DNA from: a virus | Taxonomy: Duplodnaviria > Caudoviricetes | Strand: one strand, 5' to 3' | IMG/VR virus record: IMGVR_UViG_3300020183_000042 | Coordinates: 1 to 64,000 of that record | DNA: 64,000 nt | Part shown: piece by piece, positions 57,871 to 64,000 of the stretch | How the letters are laid out: every line of letters begins with the position of its first letter | How positions within the stretch are numbered: position 1 is the stretch's first letter | Program-made: the position numbers and the translations under genes | Notes under the pieces: generated by a model | What the model saw: the letters and a program-made list of their open reading frames with translations, nothing else | What the model was told of the DNA's origin: nothing | The model's database searches: none

Positions 57871-58100
57871 GAAGGATTCTTTAGACCATCTACGATTGTG
57901 AGTTTACCCGGTTCATAGCGAGCAAAATAACTATTATGAATTTTTCGTTTGATTAAATTGTCTTGATAGATTTCAGTATAAACATTAATACGATATCTAT
58001 TATCCCATACATTAATAATCTTGGTCATTAGATGATTCTTAGGTTTTTCAACTTGTTTAAAAAGTAAACTCTCAATTTCAAGATCCATTATTGTCTCCAA
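57867..58100 (-). CDS. hypothetical protein
   Basis: INVWDNRYRINVY. Confidence 0.6.
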   Translation of the reverse strand: METIMDLEIESLLFKQVEKPKNHLMTKIINVWDNRYRINVYTEIYQDNLIKRKIHNSYFARYEPGKLTIVDGLKNPS

Positions 58101-58281
58101 CTAATGTATCAATATCCAAAACGATTCTATTATTATGATGCTCTATCATTAGGTCTGCCACATAATATTGTCCTAAATTTCTATCATATATTGTAACTTC
58201 TTTTTGCCAATTGAAACTACCAAGATTTTTAATATCGTTTGCTCGTTCATTTAGAAATTGAAAAAGATCAATCCATTTCAT
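58078..58281 (-). CDS. hypothetical protein
   Basis: Coupled ORF. Confidence 0.55.
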   Translation of the reverse strand: MKWIDLFQFLNERANDIKNLGSFNWQKEVTIYDRNLGQYYVADLMIEHHNNRIVLDIDTLVGDNNGS

Positions 58282-58496
58282 CTTGCTCTCCTATTTGCTC
58301 GATCAAGTTTGCGAATAGTCTCAGCAGCATTAGCAGGAACCATCACAAGACTAGGGGCAGTTTTGTGTCCCCAATCCATAAAGCCAATCGCTCTAGTTTC
58401 TCTAGAACAAATAATGCAAACCAGGGTTCTCCCCGTGTCATTAAGAAACTCTAATCTCGATTCTGGAATCGCACTATCACAATAAATACAATTCAT
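58278..58496 (-). CDS. TraR/DksA-type C4 zinc-finger protein
   Basis: CIYCDSAIPESRLEFL...CIIC; GGAGG RBS. Confidence 0.7.
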   Translation of the reverse strand: MNCIYCDSAIPESRLEFLNDTGRTLVCIICSRETRAIGFMDWGHKTAPSLVMVPANAAETIRKLDRANRRAR

Positions 58497-58516
58497 AGGT
58501 ATCCTCCGTTGGATGG

Positions 58517-58544
58517 ATTATACCATAGTATCGTCCGTTGTCAA
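58517..58544 (-). promoter_or_regulatory. promoter TTGACA-ACGGACGATACTATGG-TATAAT
   Basis: Member of the promoter family. Confidence 0.8.
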
Positions 58545-58564
58545 GCGAACCTTTAAGGAAAGCA

Positions 58565-59113
58565 TCACTGTAAACTATTATAGACAGATAAAAATTTATC
58601 TATAAATACTGTGTGCATAGATTGTTTATAACACTGTTCAGCAAATATACCATCAGCATATCTTATTGGTAATTTCCATTCCAAATTTTTGCAAATTTCA
58701 TAAGATACTAAAAAATTATGACTATCAATATAATCAAGTTTAATTTGTTTTGATAATAACCTTACAGTACCGTCTTTCCATAATTGTTTAAACCATATGA
58801 AATCATATTTTTCTAAATCATAAATATTTTCCCATAGTTTTGGATGAATAATTGTATCGTCATCATTAAAATAAACGTGTCCATATTCGACTTTTGACAA
58901 TCCATAATTTCTTTGAGCATTACCATAAACACTATTTTTATTTGTTGTGTAAAAAATATCAGTATTTTTTGATATTTTTGATATTTTTGTATGTATCTTA
59001 CTTGTATCTACAATAATAATCCAACGATAGTTCTTGGATGGAATATTAATACTATCAGCAATTTTAGATAGATTATCTGGTCTAGAACAAGGAGTTATGA
59101 TATTAAGAAACAT
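58565..59113 (-). CDS. GT2-family glycosyltransferase
   Basis: IITPCSR, GNAQRN, FNDDD, ADG. Confidence 0.75.
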   Translation of the reverse strand: MFLNIITPCSRPDNLSKIADSINIPSKNYRWIIIVDTSKIHTKISKISKNTDIFYTTNKNSVYGNAQRNYGLSKVEYGHVYFNDDDTIIHPKLWENIYDLEKYDFIWFKQLWKDGTVRLLSKQIKLDYIDSHNFLVSYEICKNLEWKLPIRYADGIFAEQCYKQSMHTVFIDKFLSVYNSLQ

Positions 59114-59115
59114 AA

Positions 59116-59523
59116 TTATAATCTAGTAAAAGAACCATCATCATTACTATGATAACAAGAATTTAAACCAACAGCATTTAATAGTTTATTACAATTTTCG
59201 CACGGTTTACTTCCGAGAATTAATCCTTTCCTGTTGATACGCAGTACCACAATATTCCAATTAGGATCAATGGTATTATAACTATCCAACAGATTACTAA
59301 TAAGATGGCTTTCAGCATGAACAAACGGATACTCAATATACTTAGCCAAATTAAATTGTTCACCAATTCTGTGTGCCTTGGCATTGGTTTTAATTGGGTT
59401 GTTTTGGGTGAAACAAATCATCTTATTGCCATCAAATGCGGCAGCATAATGATAGCATCTAATCAGTTTGCTCGGTTTCCAACTTTTGTATGCTTTGCGA
59501 ATTGTTTTGGTTATTATTTTCAT
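59116..59523 (-). CDS. zinc-dependent deaminase-fold protein
   Basis: VHAE...SKPCENC. Confidence 0.75.
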   Translation of the reverse strand: MKIITKTIRKAYKSWKPSKLIRCYHYAAAFDGNKMICFTQNNPIKTNAKAHRIGEQFNLAKYIEYPFVHAESHLISNLLDSYNTIDPNWNIVVLRINRKGLILGSKPCENCNKLLNAVGLNSCYHSNDDGSFTRL

Positions 59524-59667
59524 TTGATATTTTACTTGCTAGAACAATACCACACCCAGAAGATTCTATTACTTCATAGTCTATTGATTTTAGTGGTATT
59601 TTTATAGGTTCTTTTGATCTTGGATTATCGGTAAGTGGTATTTTAGTTGGCTCAATTATTTTATTCC

Positions 59668-59814
59668 TCATTTATTTGCTAACATATATAATCCCACATT
59701 AGCAAAGGAGTAACCAATATAAGTGATAAGCATACCAGTATTGCCCTTGTAGCCTTGCTCTAAAGCCACATAAAGATAAATTGCTCCAGTAAATGCTATT
59801 AACCAAGCACTCAT
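59668..59814 (-). CDS. small membrane protein (48 aa, not in ORF track)
   Basis: MSAWLIAFTGAIYLYVALEQ...YIGYSFANVGLY. Confidence 0.65.
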   Translation of the reverse strand: MSAWLIAFTGAIYLYVALEQGYKGNTGMLITYIGYSFANVGLYMLANK

Positions 59815-60728
59815 ACAATTACTCCATTACATATTTTAGAGTGGTGTTCTATAGCATAGTCTTTCATTTTGAGTTCCATGTCAATATCAAATTCTAATCC
59901 GTATGTATTAAATGGATTTTCAGCAAAATCAGCATGGGAACGAGGATTATTTCCGGGTTTACTTTCGCTGTAATGAAAAAGCGGTCTATATCCATGCCAT
60001 GTATCATAACACATTCTTAGTGCTGTTTCTTCGTCCAGATTGTCTGGATTACATTTGTGATGAAGATAATCGAAAGTAATTGGTATATTGGTTGCTTTGT
60101 GAAAAATATTAACTAGTTCGTTCACATTCCAGCAGTTAATTTTGTCATCATTTTCAATAACCAGTCTGCTCCTACAATTAGGATCAAGACGATTAAAATT
60201 TTGAATAAAGCGACTAATGATTTCAGAGTGTGTTCCATTTTTGTTGTGAACATGAAGGTTCATTGGGTTGGTATAATTTGCTTCAAGGCCAATTCTGTCG
60301 AAGAAACTGCTGTAGAAATTGAGTTCTGTGATTGTTTTATCCACGGCTTTCTGGTTAGTGGAAGCGAGGACATTAAATTCACTAGGATGAGCAGAAACAC
60401 GAACCCCAGTGCGGGAAATAGTTTGTGCAATATTATCAAACTCATCTTGAATAGCATCATGATTAGGTAAATCTTCTAGGCTAACATTAGCCTCGTCAAA
60501 AGTAATTAGAGGAAAAATATCGCTACTAACTCGGTAAACATAATTATTTTCAGCACAAAATTCAATAGTCTTATCTGTTACCATAAGATTGTTTTGAATT
60601 CTGCTACCAAGAATTTCTAGTGCTTCTTCTCGCGGTAAACTAGAAAAACGCTTATAGGTCATAGTCTGATGACTAAAACCATCCTCTTTAAGTTTGAGAC
60701 TAATACAGCAAAGGCCGAGTCTGTTCAT
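59811..60728 (-). CDS. uvsE: UV damage endonuclease
   Basis: RLGLCCI, YRVSSDIFP, SAHP, NLHV, IENDD, FDYLHH, FHYSE, ELKMKD. Confidence 0.9.
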   Translation of the reverse strand: MNRLGLCCISLKLKEDGFSHQTMTYKRFSSLPREEALEILGSRIQNNLMVTDKTIEFCAENNYVYRVSSDIFPLITFDEANVSLEDLPNHDAIQDEFDNIAQTISRTGVRVSAHPSEFNVLASTNQKAVDKTITELNFYSSFFDRIGLEANYTNPMNLHVHNKNGTHSEIISRFIQNFNRLDPNCRSRLVIENDDKINCWNVNELVNIFHKATNIPITFDYLHHKCNPDNLDEETALRMCYDTWHGYRPLFHYSESKPGNNPRSHADFAENPFNTYGLEFDIDMELKMKDYAIEHHSKICNGVIV

Positions 60729-60735
60729 GGGTGAA

Positions 60736-60763
60736 ATCATACCACAGTATCGGCAAAAGTCAA
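60736..60763 (-). promoter_or_regulatory. promoter TTGACT-TTTGCCGATACTGTGG-TATGAT, probably leaderless
   Basis: The uvsE ATG follows 7 nt after the -10 box with no RBS. Confidence 0.7.
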
Positions 60764-60957
60764 GCAGCGTCTTGAGAAATTTCTTCCGCACTATGAATTT
60801 TTACCACATGAAATTCTATGCTTGGAGAGTATAAGATATTGAATTTTTTAATAGCATCTTCTGATGATTCGGCGTCTAATACCTCATTAACTAACAGATG
60901 TTGTTTGTATGGATCGTATAATCTATATACTTGTGCTGTAATATTAAATTGTTTCAT
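60760..60957 (-). CDS. hypothetical protein
   Basis: Coupled ORF. Confidence 0.55.
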   Translation of the reverse strand: MKQFNITAQVYRLYDPYKQHLLVNEVLDAESSEDAIKKFNILYSPSIEFHVVKIHSAEEISQDAA

Positions 60958-61606
60958 TGTGCCACCCTAATGCTTCTCCAATAATAGGAAATTGTTCAGT
61001 AAAAATACGTTTACATTCTTTGGCTATGATTTGATGTTCTTTTTGAGTGCCGTTACTAGAACGCAAATCTATATAATGAATCCATGAGCGAATTGATCCA
61101 CTCATATAAAGTCTAGTGGGAGTTGCTAGTGGTAATATGAATCTGGCACACTCTTTTGCTATTCCATCCTCTATCATTCCATCATACAACGCTTTTGATT
61201 TAGCAAAATGCTCGCGGATTCTAGTATACCATTTTACTTTGGTTTCAACTTGTATATCGTCTATACTGTTTTGTCTATTTTTAGTATCTTGACGACGAAG
61301 TTCAAACAATGGTATTTCTTCTGATAATAATGTTGTATCAGCATATCGCTGAGAAAATTCTTGATAAGTAAAACTTCTGTGTCGTAGAATTTGAGCAGCA
61401 AGTCCTCTTGTGGTATTGATTTCCACAGTCATAAATGCCATCTCAAAAATACTCCAGTGTTGGTGATCTATGCAGTATTTTAACAACTTGGATATATTGT
61501 CATTATTCTGATTGTTAGGATTGCTTACTCTAGCACAGTATGCTATGTGTTTTTCTGCATCTGGAGTAACGCTTACTAGTTTCACATTATCCATAATTAC
61601 TATCAC
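60944..61606 (-). CDS. thyX: flavin-dependent thymidylate synthase
   Basis: [37 protein letters not shown]. Confidence 0.95.
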   Translation of the reverse strand: MIVIMDNVKLVSVTPDAEKHIAYCARVSNPNNQNNDNISKLLKYCIDHQHWSIFEMAFMTVEINTTRGLAAQILRHRSFTYQEFSQRYADTTLLSEEIPLFELRRQDTKNRQNSIDDIQVETKVKWYTRIREHFAKSKALYDGMIEDGIAKECARFILPLATPTRLYMSGSIRSWIHYIDLRSSNGTQKEHQIIAKECKRIFTEQFPIIGEALGWHNETI

Positions 61607-61844
61607 TAATATGAGCGTCTGTTTTTTCTAGGTTGTTTTGATATTCTTTTTGGTATTCAACCCACTTATTATCTGTTATATGATTGAAAATCGCTCTAGC
61701 AAGTTTACTAACACTTGGAGCAACACCGCTAGTATTAGGATCATTAGAATCCAATTTTGCCCAATAATACTGATTATCGTCCTTATCTTTAATAGTCTCA
61801 TAGCCTTTATTCTTTGCCCAACTTTTAGTTTCTTTCCAAAGCAT
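61587..61844 (-). CDS. hypothetical protein
   Basis: Coupled ORF. Confidence 0.6.
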   Translation of the reverse strand: MLWKETKSWAKNKGYETIKDKDDNQYYWAKLDSNDPNTSGVAPSVSKLARAIFNHITDNKWVEYQKEYQNNLEKTDAHISDSNYG

Positions 61845-61845
61845 A

Positions 61846-62457
61846 TTATGTTCCGTGTTTGTATTTTTGATAGAGAGAGTTTATTTTTCTAAAAACTTCT
61901 GGAGGAGTATTTTCTACAATAAATTTATCTTCATTATCTGTTATGTATGCTTGAAGTTCATCGTTTAATACATCGTTATTATAACCTTTGTCTAAGATAA
62001 ACTGTCTTACCTTTTTCATTTTTTTCTTGTTGTTGTCTAATATAGAGTTAACTGTTCGTGCATATTGATCATTTGCGGAATACAAAGCATGACTTAATTC
62101 GTGTCTTAAAGTTGCTTGATCTTGAGCGCCAATGATATAGAAATTATCGTGTCTGTATCTGAAAAATTCTAGTAGATTGGTTTCGTACTCTGTTAGTGGG
62201 TCAAATAAACCTTTTTTAAATGGGTCTAATACTTTGCTTGGAAAATTAAAACCAATCCAATCTTTGTGATAAGTATCTCCACCATAAGTTAGCGAATACC
62301 ATTCTCGTAATTGTCCAACTGTGAAAATTTTATCTCTAAAATCTGGATTGATACTCTCATAATGCTCTTGAAAACGCATAAAAGATAGAGACAATTCTTG
62401 CTGAGAATCTGCCTTTATCCACACGCTATTATGCGGTTGTTTTTGAATAGTGAGCAT
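61846..62457 (-). CDS. putative zincin-like metallopeptidase
   Basis: HELSH (HExxH) and a downstream DELQAY. Confidence 0.55.
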   Translation of the reverse strand: MLTIQKQPHNSVWIKADSQQELSLSFMRFQEHYESINPDFRDKIFTVGQLREWYSLTYGGDTYHKDWIGFNFPSKVLDPFKKGLFDPLTEYETNLLEFFRYRHDNFYIIGAQDQATLRHELSHALYSANDQYARTVNSILDNNKKKMKKVRQFILDKGYNNDVLNDELQAYITDNEDKFIVENTPPEVFRKINSLYQKYKHGT

Positions 62458-62654
62458 TATTTATTGTCTTTACCAAGCCATTGAGGAAAATTACTAATAT
62501 CTAAAGATCCCAACAAAAGCATAGATGGTTTTTCTGCTAGATTACGAATAGCATAACACTTATTGTGATTAGAATCATAACCACAATCAATAACATCATA
62601 CTCTGTTACACTATGCAACATTTGTATGAGAGTTTCAATATCATTCATAATCAA
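62457..62654 (-). CDS. hypothetical protein
   Basis: Coupled ORF. Confidence 0.5.
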   Translation of the reverse strand: MIMNDIETLIQMLHSVTEYDVIDCGYDSNHNKCYAIRNLAEKPSMLLLGSLDISNFPQWLGKDNK

Positions 62655-62878
62655 GATGGAATTTGTTTATTCTCTGTGTTAGATAGAACATATTTGTTTA
62701 GTGTTGCTAGTTTACTATCGGCACTATCTAACAAATCAACATATTTCTTTAACTCTAACAACAAATCAGAATGTTCACCAATTCCAACGGGTGAATTTAG
62801 GTATACTGATAATGTAGCAACCGCTTCGCTAATTTGAGCATTGTAATGATCCACAAGGGCTTTTGTAAGAGGATTCAT
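62651..62878 (-). CDS. conserved phage hypothetical protein
   Basis: YLNSPVGIGEH motif. Confidence 0.7.
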   Translation of the reverse strand: MNPLTKALVDHYNAQISEAVATLSVYLNSPVGIGEHSDLLLELKKYVDLLDSADSKLATLNKYVLSNTENKQIPS

Positions 62879-62887
62879 ATTTTCTTT

Positions 62888-63112
62888 CTAGGTTTTGGGT
62901 TCGTAATAATTGTTTTTGATTAGTTCCACAACATATCGTGAAGTGTCTGGCACGTTGTTACCACCCATATAATAACTAGCCAGAAAATCGAACAAACGTA
63001 GTAATTTTTGTTTCTCAACATACTCAGCATGATATGATTCGTATTCTAATCCAATATATTCTCCAACACTGTTAGAGAATTTGATGATATTATTGTATAA
63101 TTGTTTGTTCAT
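62888..63112 (-). CDS. hypothetical protein
   Basis: 74-aa ORF. Confidence 0.55.
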   Translation of the reverse strand: MNKQLYNNIIKFSNSVGEYIGLEYESYHAEYVEKQKLLRLFDFLASYYMGGNNVPDTSRYVVELIKNNYYEPKT

Positions 63113-63118
63113 AATAAC

Positions 63119-63427
63119 TCAATGAAGATCAGGGCAAGTGTTGTTGTTTTGTTTTTGTATCATATCCAGAGCATTATGATATCCATCAGCATAAGCGGAT
63201 GTTGTATCTCCTTCGTTAGTTGCATATAAAACAACTGTTTTATCATCTAAATTTACGAATAAATGCTCATTACCAATACCAAACTGTGCTATAGCAGCAT
63301 TGTGTCCTAAAAATCTTTCGTATGTATATACGGATATAATTTCTTTTTCCATAATTATACTATCTGTTTGTTTTGCACAACCACAGATTACTGTTATTAG
63401 CATAATTAGAATCTTATATTTGGTCAT
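63119..63427 (-). CDS. putative lipoprotein
   Basis: MTKYK, hydrophobic core and ICGC lipobox; GGAG RBS. Confidence 0.6.
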   Translation of the reverse strand: MTKYKILIMLITVICGCAKQTDSIIMEKEIISVYTYERFLGHNAAIAQFGIGNEHLFVNLDDKTVVLYATNEGDTTSAYADGYHNALDMIQKQNNNTCPDLH

Positions 63428-63638
63428 AGTTGCTCCAGTTTTTCTCTAGATGCTCCAGCGTTAGTCTAGTTGTACCATCGTCGTAGAAACAGTCAAGGTC
63501 TGTCTGAGTAATTTTTTTATATTCTGTGGGCCAAGTGTGGTACAAAACATTCATAACCGATTGACCGTATCACATATCTTCATGTGAACCATATGTTTCA
63601 TCAACAAGATCTAGGAATATCTGGTTTATCGTAGTCAT
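63414..63638 (-). pseudogene. small phage gene interrupted by an in-frame TGA
   Basis: MTTINQIFLDLVDETYGSHEDM*YGQSVMNVL...TDLDCFYDD...; stop at 63570-63572. Confidence 0.5.
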
Positions 63639-63689
63639 CTTTCCCAACTCTGTGATCTATCGCTCTTGCTAAAATAAGCAAATACCTAT

Positions 63690-63908
63690 TCATAGAACGC
63701 TAACACTTGTTTTTGGTTTCTGATTATTTTTACAATCTGCTAGTTCTCCCTTTAATTTAATAACATATCTCATCCAGGCATCTATTTCTTCTTGCATATT
63801 TAATAATTCGCACTGAACATCCATTAATAATTCTGGTTGAACGGAACCATATTCATTGACCCAACTATCAAATTTCGACCAAATGTTTTGTCGTCTTTGA
63901 TTATCCAT
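63690..63908 (-). CDS. hypothetical protein
   Basis: 72-aa ORF. Confidence 0.55.
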   Translation of the reverse strand: MDNQRRQNIWSKFDSWVNEYGSVQPELLMDVQCELLNMQEEIDAWMRYVIKLKGELADCKNNQKPKTSVSVL

Positions 63909-63912
63909 GAAT

Positions 63913-63999
63913 TTATGTCCATAAGTGATGTCGGATTTTGATCAATTCGATCAACATCTTTGTATCTTCCTCGTCGTATTCTTCTTCTAGTTCATAAAC
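63913..63999 (-). CDS. 3' end of a phage gene (partial)
   Basis: ...EEDTKMLIELIKIRHHLWT*. Confidence 0.55.
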   Translation of the reverse strand, partial: VYELEEEYDEEDTKMLIELIKIRHHLWT

Positions 64000-64000
64000 T

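Noticed and set aside
95-62837. Numerous short plus-strand ORFs in the track
   Set aside because: They lie opposite well-supported minus-strand genes; only the HNH at 55085 is credible
63469-63496. TTGACT-N16-TACAAC promoter-like site
   Set aside because: The -10 box lacks the final T and the site lies in coding-like sequence (LDCFYDD); possibly coincidental
1-64000. Stop-codon reassignment
   Set aside because: TAA, TAG and TGA all end well-supported genes and coding density is high with the standard code; the TGA at 63570 is isolated
1-64000. CRISPR array, diversity-generating retroelement or reverse transcriptase
   Set aside because: No regularly spaced repeats, RT motifs or TR/VR pair seen. 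The 24121 duplication differs at all base types, and the Mtd-like N-terminus at 14980 alone does not imply a DGR.

Overview
AT-rich, densely packed, almost entirely minus-strand segment of a large tailed dsDNA bacteriophage genome, read with the standard genetic code. It carries recombination and repair genes (RecA-like 5' part, RuvB, ATP-dependent ligase, endonuclease VII, UvdE, an HhH glycosylase) and nucleotide metabolism genes (class II RNR, dCMP deaminase, ThyX, GMP reductase). Other genes include PhoH, rIIA/rIIB-like, a sigma-70-family factor, ClpP-like, an actin-fold ATPase and tail-fibre-like proteins. A ~12 kb very AT-rich sugar-biosynthesis/glycosylation island is present. A membrane-protein cluster surrounds a papain-like protease whose catalytic Cys is the +1 residue of a LAGLIDADG intein. 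RNA genes read from the sequence are a tmRNA (tag GNNQLALAA), tRNA-Ile(UAU), a short-variable-arm tRNA-Leu(UAA), and two unexplained structured RNAs: a tRNA-like cloverleaf and a 20-bp G-U-rich stem. A family of TTGACA-N16-TAnnnT promoters and a candidate GGTGTAT promoter motif recur. All product calls come from motif recognition by eye; no database searches were run.
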